IMG/VR virus record: IMGVR_UViG_3300036670_000209 | Span: 1-64,000 of that record | From: a virus | Length of the DNA: 64,000 nucleotides | Strand: one strand, 5' to 3' | Shown: positions 19,335-30,196 of the stretch, piece by piece | Layout of the letters: every line of letters begins with the position of its first letter | Position numbering within the stretch: position 1 is the first letter of the stretch | Notes under the pieces: model-generated | What the model was told of the DNA's origin: nothing | Databases searched by the model: none | The model's input: only the letters and a program-made list of their open reading frames with translations | Translations under genes and position numbers: made by a program

Positions 19335-19863
19335 GAATTTCCAGGGGTAACCAGGCACCAATCATGCGCTCAGGATGCCACATGATGCCTGCAATTTTAC
19401 CATCAATCCAGGACTCACAGTTGCCCTGATGGTCAGTAACCAGCACTGTGGCGGAAGATGGTGGGGTATTAATATATAGCGTGTGAAAACTATTCAGTGA
19501 AATTTCCTGCCCGTTATACCAGGCAGGGTGTTCAGTGTCCTGGTGCCCGGAAATTTCTCCAACAGTGCCGCCCAGTACGTCAGTGAGTAATAGACAACCA
19601 TGACATACTCCCAGTATGGGCTTACCCAGTTGTAACATGGCAGTGGCCAGTTTGAGCTCCACTGTGCGCCGTATGGCGCTATCATCACCACCAGTGATGA
19701 TAAACATATCCAAATGCTGTGCAAGTTGTAAAAAATCCTGATCTGTCCTGTTGGCCACACAGAAAAGCGTATGATCAACTAACCATGAATACCATCCATG
19801 ATCAATTGAATCATACGCTCTTGATTTATGGTACAGGACTCTTTGTGAGAGTCCTATGATCAT
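19300..19863 (-). CDS. Class I glutamine amidotransferase / PuuD-like (peptidase C26)
   Basis: IITGGDD, PILGVCHG nucleophile elbow, NSFH, WHPER. Confidence 0.88.
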   Translation of the reverse strand: MIIGLSQRVLYHKSRAYDSIDHGWYSWLVDHTLFCVANRTDQDFLQLAQHLDMFIITGGDDSAIRRTVELKLATAMLQLGKPILGVCHGCLLLTDVLGGTVGEISGHQDTEHPAWYNGQEISLNSFHTLYINTPPSSATVLVTDHQGNCESWIDGKIAGIMWHPERMIGAWLPLEIHGFFNSKPDLC

Positions 19864-19866
19864 ATA

Positions 19867-20562
19867 TTACCAGCCGTAGGCTGCTGTGACCAGTGCGACT
19901 GCTGCTGGCACCTCTTGCGTATTTTTGCAACTGATATCAAACAGGTCTCTGCGCATCAGTTCAACCAGTTCTTGCACCCGATTTTGAGATTCAACATCTC
20001 CAACCAGCTGTGTAAGTTTACGGGCACCAATCTTGCTGTGGAATCCCTCATCTCTGGCAATTTTTGCATAGGCACCTGAGATGAATGGATCAGAAATGCA
20101 TTGTGCCATCTGATCCCATACTGCTTCGGCACGGCCCTCGGCCACCAGTTGATATACTGCCAGAGCAGCTGGATCATTGGAGGCCTCATACTTGTCCAGT
20201 AAAGCTGCACCCTTGGCTGAAGGCTTGGCTGCCTCGGCAGCGATGGCCGCGGCCACATCCACTGGCTTGCCACTGATATGTTCAATCACTTCCTTGACCA
20301 AACGAAAGTGAACTGCCTCGTCACGGGCCTGCTGGCTGAGCAGTTGTAATTCCACTGGATCAGTATCCACTGGCATGGCTGCCACCTGACGGCTGAGCTC
20401 TACCATGTTCATTCTCTCATTAACCATACGGCCAGTAAAGTGCTCAATCAGTGACTCCTGTGACGGATTACTATCAAAATATGCTTTGACGTTGATCTTG
20501 GATGCATCAAACAAAGCCTGATTTTCTGCCACAATTTTGGCAACGAATTTTTTTGCGTTCAT
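19867..20562 (-). CDS. Ferritin-like di-iron protein
   Basis: Paired E...DExxH motifs: NER / RDEAVH and AEG / RDEGFH. Confidence 0.8.
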   Translation of the reverse strand: MNAKKFVAKIVAENQALFDASKINVKAYFDSNPSQESLIEHFTGRMVNERMNMVELSRQVAAMPVDTDPVELQLLSQQARDEAVHFRLVKEVIEHISGKPVDVAAAIAAEAAKPSAKGAALLDKYEASNDPAALAVYQLVAEGRAEAVWDQMAQCISDPFISGAYAKIARDEGFHSKIGARKLTQLVGDVESQNRVQELVELMRRDLFDISCKNTQEVPAAVALVTAAYGW

Positions 20563-20662
20563 AAATTTTCCTTGTGAATACTGGCCATTATATCCATACA
20601 TAATTACATTAATATGGCCCAGCTGTAATATTTATGCCTTTGGGTGGTAAATATACCGCATA

Positions 20663-22123
20663 CTATACATAACTGATTTTGGTTTTATTGAAGAATACAC
20701 CAAAAATCACAGCAATAACTATGGCCAACATCAATACCAGGCTGATGGGCCGGTTCAGTAAATCAGTAAACTTGTACAGTGTCAGAAATTGAATCCCAGT
20801 GGATTCAATTCTGGCTGATAGTATGAATCCAATCACCACACATGCTCTGCTGATCTTGGCAAACTTTAGCAACATGCCCAGCAGGCCGCAGGCCGCCAGC
20901 ATGGCATAATCTTCCCAGCCACCAGTGTACTGTGCACAGCTCCAGGTAATAATACCCAGCAATGGTACGAAATAATACTTGAAGGGTATACTGGTAAAAC
21001 TATTTGCATACTTGATGAACCAGATGCTCAGGGCAAAGGTCAATAACAAACTTATTCCAAATCCATAACTCAGTGCATGGAAAAAAGTATTATCAGTGAG
21101 TAACTGTGGCGACCCCATTTCCAAACCCACATACATATATAATGCCATGACCACTACCTCAAAGGGCGCCCCGGGGACACCAAACAGAACAGTGGGAACA
21201 TATGCGGTGGCTTTTTGTGCCATGCCGCTGCCTTCAGCACCCACCACGCCACGCACATTACCCTGGCCGAATGGAATAATATCACGATCTTTGGCGCCGG
21301 CCACGGTCTGGCCATAAGCCAACCAGTCCACTATGGCCCCGCCAACCCCTGGCAGCAGGCCTATGATACCACCAATTAATCCACCACGTATACTGTCCCA
21401 GCGATATTGCCATGCATCCCTGGCACCCTGCACTATCTGTGCCAGTGGATTCCTTGGCGGAGGCACGTGCGCAACTCTGAGAAATAATGCTTGTAGAATC
21501 TCAGGCATGGCCAGTACTCCGCTCATCAGCGTGATAACCTGTATACCATTGGCCAAATAAAACCATCCGCCAGTGAACCGTTCAGCAGTGGTAATGGGAT
21601 CACTACCCACCAGTCCCAAAAATATACCCACACACGCTCCCAGAATTCCACGCATCCAGTAGTTGGAATTGATAAAGCTCACGCTGGTCAGTGCCAGCAA
21701 CATGAACATCAGCATCTCTGGGATGCCAAAATGCAGCACTATTTCAGTATAATAGGGTAGAAAAGCAAATACCAAAACTCCCCAGAGTAAGCCCTGCCCA
21801 CAGCTGGAAAATACCGCAGCACTCAATGCCCTGGCACTTTGTCCCTGCTGAGTCATGGGGAACCCATCCACCATGGTTGCTGCGCTGCCGTTGCCCCCGG
21901 GAATATTCATCACTATGCTGCTGAACAAATCGCCCACACTACAACTGACCACCAGTGCAGTGGTAAATACCACCAGACTATAGGGATCATACCTGAATAG
22001 ATATAAAAAACTATACACAGTGAGTAGTCCAGTACTGGCCCCAGCAATGGGAACCAGACCAAAAATAAATCCGTACAGTGTACCTGCAATCACATAGGGA
22101 AAATAATGTATTAAAAAATCCAT
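20663..22123 (-). CDS. tctA: Tripartite tricarboxylate transporter large permease, TctA family
   Basis: GLVPIAG, NIPG..SAATMVDGFPM..QG, GLLPGVGG, VPTVLFGVPG; polytopic. Confidence 0.88.
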   Translation of the reverse strand: MDFLIHYFPYVIAGTLYGFIFGLVPIAGASTGLLTVYSFLYLFRYDPYSLVVFTTALVVSCSVGDLFSSIVMNIPGGNGSAATMVDGFPMTQQGQSARALSAAVFSSCGQGLLWGVLVFAFLPYYTEIVLHFGIPEMLMFMLLALTSVSFINSNYWMRGILGACVGIFLGLVGSDPITTAERFTGGWFYLANGIQVITLMSGVLAMPEILQALFLRVAHVPPPRNPLAQIVQGARDAWQYRWDSIRGGLIGGIIGLLPGVGGAIVDWLAYGQTVAGAKDRDIIPFGQGNVRGVVGAEGSGMAQKATAYVPTVLFGVPGAPFEVVVMALYMYVGLEMGSPQLLTDNTFFHALSYGFGISLLLTFALSIWFIKYANSFTSIPFKYYFVPLLGIITWSCAQYTGGWEDYAMLAACGLLGMLLKFAKISRACVVIGFILSARIESTGIQFLTLYKFTDLLNRPISLVLMLAIVIAVIFGVFFNKTKISYV

Positions 22124-22126
22124 GAT

Positions 22127-22708
22127 TTATTTAAGAATGGTTACCAAAATATCACTGGTATCAAAGGAAATGGGTGCCACCCGGTGCCCAAAGTTGTCAG
22201 CAATCCAGTCCACTGAAAAATTAGTCCAGCTGAGTTTGTGATCATGTGCGAATTTAAGTAATGCAGCATTTTGTCGTTGTATTTCAAATAACATGGTCAT
22301 GCTGTCCTGATATATATCATATTTGGGGTAGGTTATATTGAACCCACCAGCCTGATGCCACCAGGCATTACTTTCCAGAGTGGGACGATACACCAGCATC
22401 AGCCAATCATCAGGAAAGGCTGCATGAGTCTCTGGTAGTTGATAGGCCCAATCATGACTTTTTATCAATCTGCAGCCAGCATGAGTCAGGTGGGCCTGGT
22501 CAATGTTATCCACGGTCAGATGGGTGTCAAATTCCATGCCGGCACCAAAATATGCACCCTTGTGGCCGCCATAACGATCGTGAGTATAGTCGCGGCCCGG
22601 AGTACGATCACTGGTATTCATTCCGGGTACTAGTTCAATGGTCTGGGCCACTCCACTCCAGCGCGAGCCAGGTACTCCGGTGAAGAAAATTCTATTGGGT
22701 AGGTTCAT
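22127..22708 (-). CDS. Sulfotransferase-like P-loop fold protein
   Basis: FTGVPGSRWS, LIKSH, LVYRP pattern; start reassigned to MNLPNR to avoid antisense overlap. Confidence 0.5.
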   Translation of the reverse strand: MNLPNRIFFTGVPGSRWSGVAQTIELVPGMNTSDRTPGRDYTHDRYGGHKGAYFGAGMEFDTHLTVDNIDQAHLTHAGCRLIKSHDWAYQLPETHAAFPDDWLMLVYRPTLESNAWWHQAGGFNITYPKYDIYQDSMTMLFEIQRQNAALLKFAHDHKLSWTNFSVDWIADNFGHRVAPISFDTSDILVTILK

Positions 22709-22746
22709 AATTGTGTAAATATTGTTAACACGAGTATAACATACAC

Positions 22747-23292
22747 ATGACACAAAATCAACAGCAACTGGATAAATATTTTTCAACAATTTGGAAACAA
22801 AGAAATCGTAATCTGGACCAGTATACCCACACTGGCTGGGCCCTGGCAGATAAAATACAACCCGGTGAATCAGTGGTGGATGTGGGCTGCGGCGATAATC
22901 CATTCAGGGAAATCATACCAAATTTGATTGGTTTTGACCCAGCATTCGTGGAGGCTGACGCACAACTGACCCTGGAGCAATTTACACTGAGTAATCATCA
23001 GATATTTGATGTGGCCCTGTGCCTGGGATCAATAAATTTTGGTGATCGGGAGAATATTGAACGACAAATTGGGCTGGTGGTGGGCATGTTGTCTGCTCAG
23101 GGCAGGATCTACTGGAGATGTAATCCAGGCAGCCAGGACCACGGAAATGTGGAATGTGAAAGTATAATTTTTTATCCCTGGTCCATACCCGAGCATGTGA
23201 GGCTGGCTGATAAATTTGGTTTTGATCTGGTGGACTGCTGCTGGGATACCGGCAACAGAATATATGCCCACTGGCAACGACGCCAGTGCTAG
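22747..23292 (+). CDS. Class I SAM-dependent methyltransferase
   Basis: VVDVGCG, IGFDP, FDVALCLGSINF. Confidence 0.8.
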   Translation: MTQNQQQLDKYFSTIWKQRNRNLDQYTHTGWALADKIQPGESVVDVGCGDNPFREIIPNLIGFDPAFVEADAQLTLEQFTLSNHQIFDVALCLGSINFGDRENIERQIGLVVGMLSAQGRIYWRCNPGSQDHGNVECESIIFYPWSIPEHVRLADKFGFDLVDCCWDTGNRIYAHWQRRQC

Positions 23293-23445
23293 CAGGGCAA
23301 AGGAATACTTATCCTGGGTATTCACTATTATAAGCACATATAATTGACCTGATTTTAGATTGTTAAATACTATTGTGAGCACAGTAGTAATACCCAGGTT
23401 CACAAGGTATTATGCAACTGAGTCACACCTATCAAGGAGACAGAT

Positions 23446-24252
23446 TTGTCAAACAAGCGTACTAACCGTGCTATCGCGCGCAAGCCCAGCCAACAGTCCA
23501 GTAAAAATCGCGACGTTCGCGATCCCCGTGATCTGCATGGAACACGAGGCACAGTGAACCAAAATAATACCATAGATTTGGATAGTTATAGACCACAGCG
23601 CCAGCGCCCGATTATTTTAGTACCCAAATCACGTACTCAGGAAGCGTATTTGGATCTGCTGACTGATGACTCCAAAACAATTGTATTCGCCACTGGCCCC
23701 GCCGGTACTGGTAAAACCATGCTGGCAGTGTTGGCTGCATTGCAGGCACTGCGCACTGGCGAATGCAAGAAGATCATTATCACACGACCAGCAGTGGGTG
23801 TGGACGATGAACAGCATGGATTCCTTCCAGGGGACCTCAATGCTAAAATGGCGCCATGGACCAGACCTATTATGGATTATATACAAGAGTATTACAGACC
23901 CATTGAGATCGAAAAAATGCTAGAAGAACAAACTATAGAGATCTCCCCACTAGCATACATGCGAGGACGTACATTTAAAAATGCCTGGATCATTGCTGAT
24001 GAAATGCAAAATGCCACTCCAGAACAAATGAAAATGTTGCTAACTCGTATTGGCGAAGGCTCCAAAATTGTGGTTACAGGTGACACTCGTCAGGCTGATC
24101 GCAGAGAAAATGATAATGGACTACTAAATTTTAAAAATCTAGTGGGACAATATCAGAACTGTAAATTTGTCAGCGGAATTGAGTTTGGCCAGAAGGATAT
24201 ACAGAGACATCCAGCTGTGGCTGAAATATTGAAAATTTACGGAGAGGTATAA
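23446..24252 (+). CDS. phoH: PhoH-like ATPase
   Basis: GPAGTGKT, ITRPAV, GFLPG, YMRGRTF, DEMQN, LTRIG, GDTRQ, RHP. Confidence 0.95.
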   Translation: MSNKRTNRAIARKPSQQSSKNRDVRDPRDLHGTRGTVNQNNTIDLDSYRPQRQRPIILVPKSRTQEAYLDLLTDDSKTIVFATGPAGTGKTMLAVLAALQALRTGECKKIIITRPAVGVDDEQHGFLPGDLNAKMAPWTRPIMDYIQEYYRPIEIEKMLEEQTIEISPLAYMRGRTFKNAWIIADEMQNATPEQMKMLLTRIGEGSKIVVTGDTRQADRRENDNGLLNFKNLVGQYQNCKFVSGIEFGQKDIQRHPAVAEILKIYGEV

Positions 24253-24285
24253 CTATTGATTACCTACACACAATAAATCAAATTA

Positions 24286-24308
24286 AAGGGGCGTGATGCC
24301 CCTTTTTG
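24286..24308. terminator. Rho-independent terminator after phoH
   Basis: AAAGGGGC-GTGAT-GCCCCTTTTT. Confidence 0.8.
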
Positions 24309-24337
24309 CATAAATAACTTAAAATAGGAATTATATT

Positions 24338-24577
24338 ATGATCGTTGAAACTATAACCGTATGGCCATCACAGGAATTTTTTGACTCAGCAATGCTGACA
24401 TTTAATCAGGATCAATCACAACTGCAGGGCACCAACCTTTCATCAGTGGCTGAGGCTGATGGAACTATTACCCGTATCACTCAGTGGACTGAAGAGCATG
24501 CTGACCTGGCCATGGCCTGGAACCTGGCAAACGGTGCACTATCATCAGTGATATATACCCCTCCTGCTACAGAATAA
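24338..24577 (+). CDS. Hypothetical protein
   Basis: TAAATA at 24311-24316, AGGA RBS. Confidence 0.7.
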   Translation: MIVETITVWPSQEFFDSAMLTFNQDQSQLQGTNLSSVAEADGTITRITQWTEEHADLAMAWNLANGALSSVIYTPPATE

Positions 24578-24707
24578 TTAATCTGCCCGTGTTATCAACT
24601 AAAATATTTCTGTTCAGTAGTTAACAACTGAGTACGAGTATACAGGTAGCACTCTCCCGTGAGATTGGCTAACCATGTGTTTAACACTAAATTAACATAC
24701 CTCTCAG

Positions 24708-25685
24708 CTAGGTCAACATCTGAATGGAATCAATAAACCGGGGAATATAGTTACGAGCATCAATTCCCTTTAGTTTATCTTGTTTACGTAGTTCAGCGAT
24801 ACATTGATCAGCCAATGGATGCCCTGCCAGCACATCAGGGTGGAAGTATTCGGGATAATAAACCACATTGTGGTTAAACTGTAGATGGTTATCATTAAAC
24901 CATTCAATGGTTTCTTTGTGATATAAGACATTTAGATTGCTAATAGTATAGCTAACGCTTAACTGTATTCCCAAACTCCTATAGAGTACTATATTGTCAA
25001 GTAGTACATTCCATTTAAGTGGATATCGTAGGTATTCAAAGACTGATCCCACTCCATCAATACTTAAACAGAAATTTAAGTTTTTAAACTTGGATAGAAT
25101 ATCAATTTGACGTTGATTTATTTTAGTGGATCCATTTGTGACCATGGATATAAAACAGTCGGTATTGTCTGCATGAATCAATTGCTCCAATATTTCAAAG
25201 TTAAGCTTTTCGTAAAGTGGTTCACCACCAACAAAAGTTAGCATTTTAATTTGAGTCAAATCCATGCCAGACAGCGTATGGTCTGGAATCTTCTTTATCT
25301 CAATATGTTTACCATCTAGTGCCGCCCATGCCGAACTAGCAGTTGCATTACACGTAACACAGGTTGAATTACATATGTTACTGGTGTATAATTTAACTAT
25401 TTGTTGAGAATATAAACCTTTTGCACAATCTTTTTTTACAAACTTGATGTCACGATCAGCATAAAAATCATAGGCCTGATTCTTAAGTTGCCTATCGCTT
25501 TCCAATCCTAGATCTTCATTGGCCCAACACTTGTTGCATTCCCTGGGGCGAACATCATTAATAAAGTCTTCACGTATTTGCTCCATGGATCTATCGCTGG
25601 GAGCCATCAAACAACACGGTGTGTCAAACCCAGATTTGTTATATTCAGCACCAAAGAATGGCATCACGCAAAAGTTTTTATCCAT
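24708..25685 (-). CDS. Radical SAM protein with N-terminal twitch/SPASM-like domain
   Basis: CNSTCVTC, GGEP, TNGS, SIDG..EYLRYP; N-terminal PCC..CNKCW. Confidence 0.9.
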   Translation of the reverse strand: MDKNFCVMPFFGAEYNKSGFDTPCCLMAPSDRSMEQIREDFINDVRPRECNKCWANEDLGLESDRQLKNQAYDFYADRDIKFVKKDCAKGLYSQQIVKLYTSNICNSTCVTCNATASSAWAALDGKHIEIKKIPDHTLSGMDLTQIKMLTFVGGEPLYEKLNFEILEQLIHADNTDCFISMVTNGSTKINQRQIDILSKFKNLNFCLSIDGVGSVFEYLRYPLKWNVLLDNIVLYRSLGIQLSVSYTISNLNVLYHKETIEWFNDNHLQFNHNVVYYPEYFHPDVLAGHPLADQCIAELRKQDKLKGIDARNYIPRFIDSIQMLT

Positions 25686-25777
25686 AATATTATTTATTGA
25701 TACTGTTCATACATATAACTTGGTATAGCCACTGGCAAATTTTGAAATCCAACAAACCACCCACAGTGGCGGGACGA

Positions 25778-26395
25778 CTATGTCGCACTGGTTATCAGCT
25801 GAAATATTTCCTTCCAGTTTTTAACCACTGGATATGAGCACACATGATGCATGTTGTGTCCATGTTCTACCAATATGGATTTGAGTCCCAGTGCATGCCC
25901 ACAGTCGGCATTTTCCGCACGATCCTCGATCCAGTACATACCAGTGTCACGATAGGGCGCCAGTGCCTGATCCTTGTCCGCGCCGGTGGCCAGACACACC
26001 ACACTTTCCACGGCATCACCAAACAACTTGCGCAGGTTCATCTCCCGTAACCTGCCAGCATTGCGATCCAGGCTCAGGCTGGTTATGAACCTAAACTGAT
26101 ATCCATATTCTTCATGTAACCGTCGAACATAGTAGGTGGAGTCACGCAGTGCCGGGAGAAAACCAATGGCTGCTGACTCATTGAATTGTTTTACTATTTT
26201 AGGAACCTGCTGCTCACTGAGCCCATGATAACGGTCATGCAGACTATAACTGAATTTACTCAGGTGAGTTTGCTGGTACCCACGCTCAGTGATCCAGCAA
26301 TTAAATGCCCATTCCCAGTCCAGCACCACTCCATCGGCATCAGATAGTATTAATCGGTCTGGTCGGGGCAGTGTATTATTCAATGTCATGTGCAA
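25778..26395 (-). CDS. HAD-superfamily hydrolase (nucleotidase-like)
   Basis: SDADGV, ITS, K, WIED motifs. Confidence 0.8.
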   Translation of the reverse strand: MHMTLNNTLPRPDRLILSDADGVVLDWEWAFNCWITERGYQQTHLSKFSYSLHDRYHGLSEQQVPKIVKQFNESAAIGFLPALRDSTYYVRRLHEEYGYQFRFITSLSLDRNAGRLREMNLRKLFGDAVESVVCLATGADKDQALAPYRDTGMYWIEDRAENADCGHALGLKSILVEHGHNMHHVCSYPVVKNWKEIFQLITSAT

Positions 26396-27800
26396 TCAGT
26401 TCCTGAATCATTAAAATATCATGCGAAAGCATTGCCAGCCGATCCCTGAGTTGTGTGTACTTTTCATGCTCCTGCTGGGTTCCCTGATTCTGTATCAGTT
26501 GCAAGTACATCCCGGCACATTGTTTTTTACATGCATCATATGCACTCTGGGTCAGCAATAGCCTCTCCGTTAGTTTGCTACCATTCATTGTAAATCCTCC
26601 AATATATTAAAAAGTTTGTCCACCAATATACTGAGCCACTCTACCAGATAGGAGAGTGGGAGAACCAGCGCTGATATCAGCAGTATACCCAGTGTGCGCA
26701 ACAGTGAATGTTTCATTTTATTTGCACCAATGCATGTGCTTCCTGTGATTTGATTACCAGTATGTTATAGGTTTGATGATTTACTCTAAAGGGTAAATCC
26801 AGAGTAATGGTTACCATGGGACCTTCCAGCTCACTGACCACTCGATCATTTCCCAGACTTCCCACCCAGCGCACTCCCTGGAATACCCCTGTGACTCTTT
26901 CACCCAACTGCCGTGGTCCCATGTACCTGTTGGCCAAAAACCATTCAGTCTGACTGATCATCAGATCTTGCCCTGTGCAATCATGGTCTCAAACACATTA
27001 AACATCTGTTCAAACTTCATCTGATACAGTGTTTGTAGGCCCAATAGAGCATTACGCCGTTCGTCGTCACTGATGGGTCTGAGGTCAGCCATGCTGGCGA
27101 CTACTTGTAAGTCATCTACTACATTCCAGCAGTGCATGATGGCCTGTTCCAGGGTAAATCTATCCGGTGTTAAATTATTCATGTGTTATACTCATTAGTT
27201 CTCTACAGTAAATTAATTGTTTGTTCATTTCAGTATCGCCATAGCTGGTGATGTTATTCAGTGCATCCAACAACACAATACATTCTGCCAGGTGCATCTC
27301 TGCACCCACTGGAGTGTTATGCTGTTGCAGCATGGCCATTAGTACATTATCCATGCATCGTTTGATAGTAACCTGAGGGGGATTGTATGTCATATGAACT
27401 CCTGAAATGATGGTGGGATTGTAACTACTGAAATCAGGATTTATCGTATCTGGTGAGCAACATCTGATATTGTTGCTCCAGTGCTTTCATGTGATTGTCC
27501 AGGGATTTCTGCTGTGTGTTGCGGTCAGCCTTGGCTGATTGCCATGCATGCCACAGCGCATATGCTTGTGAATTCTTGGCCAACTGGTTGCCGCGGTACA
27601 CTGGTAATTTACTCATGATTCATGTACTGTTCTACATCTTTGAGGATGTCAGTGAGCTCAGTCAGGTTGATCTGTAGCAGTATTTTCATGTTATTTACCG
27701 CAGTGCTTGCTGTGTTGTTATTATCAACCATCTCGTCCAACATGTGTTGCTTGCCTGCAATAGTGCGTATCAGGTTGTCTCTTATGGTTTCAATTTTCAT
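26376..27800 (-). other. Run of small hypothetical genes (26376-26588, 26585-26716, 26713-26961, 26961-27182, 27175-27393, 27434-27616, 27609-27800)
   Basis: Abutting or overlapping minus-strand ORFs. Confidence 0.6.
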
Positions 27801-27950
27801 TTTCTGTGCTCACAATATTCTAGTATGGATTGGGTGGTTTGTATTTGTTTCTGCTGCATACACTGTATTTGACTGGAGTATGGCCGCTCAGTGTACACTG
27901 TGATGCCAGTGCCCTGTTGTGTAAGTGATACCAGCAGCAGAATCCACAAC

Positions 27951-28388
27951 TCAAAGCCCCAGCAGACTTATTTCATCAGCAGTGAGTTTGCCCATGGCCG
28001 CCGCAAACCTGGCCTCACGACATGATTTGGATACCAGGCGTACATATTCACGTTCCACCGCCGCTTCTAGCACGCACAGTGCATTCTTAATGCTGTTGTT
28101 ATAGTACAGGGGAAGATACACATCCAATGAATGTTCAAATTCCCAGGTCATTTTATACTGAAATAAATATCTGCTGTCGGACTGCTGAACCACTGTGAAT
28201 CCCTGATGATTGATATCATGGAATGCATGTATCACTGCCGCCAGGCGGGCAGGGTATTGTTCGGTGAACTTAGCCCATTCAGCATCCAGCTCCAAAAATT
28301 CCACATGTTCACTCAGCTGTTCCTGTTGGGCAGTATCCAGAACCTGTGACACCAATTGATTCAGCGACTTGCTGGTATTATAACTCAT
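27951..28388 (-). CDS. Hypothetical protein, KLTxEExxLLGL C-terminal family
   Basis: Ends GKLTADEISLLGL; TTGACA-17-TACAAT upstream. Confidence 0.7.
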   Translation of the reverse strand: MSYNTSKSLNQLVSQVLDTAQQEQLSEHVEFLELDAEWAKFTEQYPARLAAVIHAFHDINHQGFTVVQQSDSRYLFQYKMTWEFEHSLDVYLPLYYNNSIKNALCVLEAAVEREYVRLVSKSCREARFAAAMGKLTADEISLLGL

Positions 28389-28443
28389 CTGCGTACTCCA
28401 AAAACTGTTGAATAAACTATTGTATATTATAACTGTATGGGTG

Positions 28444-28668
28444 TCAACTGAGCTCGTCGGCTGGAATGATCCGGTACAGGTCATCAATACTCACCAGCAG
28501 CTGCTCCAGTTGCTCACCGTATGCACATATGGGCTGGTCCACTGTCACAGTGTGTTGCACGGCTCCACCAAATTTTACACGACTGTTAACCACCCGGCCG
28601 CTGAAGGGCCAGAGGCCCAAATACATACCGGTAACTTCCATGCCTTCTAGGTCCCAGATCATATGCAT
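28444..28668 (-). CDS. Small SH3-like hypothetical protein
   Basis: WDLEGMEVTGMYLG..SGRV..SRVKFGG. Confidence 0.6.
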   Translation of the reverse strand: MHMIWDLEGMEVTGMYLGLWPFSGRVVNSRVKFGGAVQHTVTVDQPICAYGEQLEQLLVSIDDLYRIIPADELS

Positions 28669-28723
28669 CTCCCTGTGTAATTAACTATTTAAGCCACTAT
28701 TTTACATTAAACCTATTAATGTG

Positions 28724-29119
28724 TCAAACTGGATAAATCACAACAACAGGTTGTTGTTTCTTAACAGCATAGTCATGTGTATACCAGGTACCTCCCCTGG
28801 GTTGCCAGGTTGTTTGCAATGGCACCACTATCAAAAGATCTGTGCTCTCTACAATTTTGCGATCACGCTGCAAATATCCCAGAGGTGGCTCACTGCGATC
28901 GCTAGCAAAATAAGCTCGTAATGCGCTGCTGGTTGGGGGATGACATATAATGGTAAACCCCAATTCTTTGGCCATGATGGCCACCTGATGATCAACACCC
29001 TGACAGTCACCATGATGTAACTCAGCTGGGAGTGGTATGGCAATTAACACCTGATATACCTCCAATAGCTGCTGGTCGCTGGCACCCTGTCTAGTGCCGG
29101 TGATTCCCACTCTGATCAT
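28724..29119 (-). CDS. SLOG-superfamily (DprA/YspA-like) nucleotide-binding protein
   Basis: VGITGTR, LHHGDCQGVD, RD..IV, GGTWYT..YA. Confidence 0.7.
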   Translation of the reverse strand: MIRVGITGTRQGASDQQLLEVYQVLIAIPLPAELHHGDCQGVDHQVAIMAKELGFTIICHPPTSSALRAYFASDRSEPPLGYLQRDRKIVESTDLLIVVPLQTTWQPRGGTWYTHDYAVKKQQPVVVIYPV

Positions 29120-29125
29120 GTGAGC

Positions 29126-30196
29126 TTAAAACGCATAGAAATCAAACTTCTGGCGATTGCTGATCTCGGTGACAATCAGCATTTCGGTGTTTTTCTTGAA
29201 AGTAAACTCGCCCTTGCCACTGTCCATGTGTACAAGATCTTCCAATCCCATGTATATAAAGTGACAGTCGTAGTTGCCAGATTTACTTTTTTCTATGGAA
29301 TATCTCACACTCAGATCATCAGGATTTAGTGGGTTGCCCGACCACTCAGCGGACCCCTCTATCTTGTCCTGGGGCACAGCAACTCCTTTGTGTATCACTC
29401 TCATTGAGTAGCGTTTTCCACCGTCAAACTCCGGTTTGGCATTCAGCATCCTGATTGCCTCCTGAGGAGATTCACTATATCGATTCATTTCTTCACACAG
29501 TGCCTTGAGCATGTCAAAGTTGAATTGTCCAAACATCCTGGAAATCTTATACACGTTCCCCACATGTGACTGATCCTGCAGATTGTCCACACAATACTCT
29601 CTGATAAACTCAGCATCCAGTCCAGTAAAATCCAGCATGTAAAATATTCTACCTGGCCGATTTCGCATGTGTGTGTCTATACGCCATTTGTCATTGCAAG
29701 TTAGCACAAACAGCTTCTTGCTGGGAAACACACCGTCCAGCAGGGTGAGTATGCCTTCCTGATCTTCTTTTTTGTAGACTTTTTCGAATTCATCAAACAA
29801 TATGATCACCGGTTGCTCGATCATTTGAAGAAACGAATTAAATTTGTCCCCAACCCAGGCCGTGTTGATTATAATGGTGGGGATGCCAGTCAATGCAGCA
29901 GTAACAGCAATACTCTTGGCCAGCAGGGTCTTGCCTGATCCTTTTTCCCCGTTCAACATCACACCAGTGGATGATGGGCGGCTCATGAAAGTGTTCAATA
30001 TTCGATCAGTCTGTTTGAGAGTGTCACCATACACCTTGCCAGTGATCGCAAACGAATCAATCTGTTCAAGAAAAAGATTTTCAAACATGTCCTGCTTGAT
30101 CACATAGTTGCCGGCAGGTAACTGGTCGTGTAGATCCAGTGCTTCTTTGGAAGACACCTTGAATGTGTTGCCTGATCGCATGAAATAACTGGACAT
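29126..30196 (-). CDS. AAA+ ATPase
   Basis: GEKGSGKT, ILFDEFEK, LLDG, NRPGR. Confidence 0.9.
   Translation of the reverse strand: MSSYFMRSGNTFKVSSKEALDLHDQLPAGNYVIKQDMFENLFLEQIDSFAITGKVYGDTLKQTDRILNTFMSRPSSTGVMLNGEKGSGKTLLAKSIAVTAALTGIPTIIINTAWVGDKFNSFLQMIEQPVIILFDEFEKVYKKEDQEGILTLLDGVFPSKKLFVLTCNDKWRIDTHMRNRPGRIFYMLDFTGLDAEFIREYCVDNLQDQSHVGNVYKISRMFGQFNFDMLKALCEEMNRYSESPQEAIRMLNAKPEFDGGKRYSMRVIHKGVAVPQDKIEGSAEWSGNPLNPDDLSVRYSIEKSKSGNYDCHFIYMGLEDLVHMDSGKGEFTFKKNTEMLIVTEISNRQKFDFYAF

Noticed and set aside
22709-22903. N-terminal extension of the 258-aa ORF overlapping the methyltransferase
   Set aside because: Antisense overlap; the P-loop-like motif begins right after the Met at 22708
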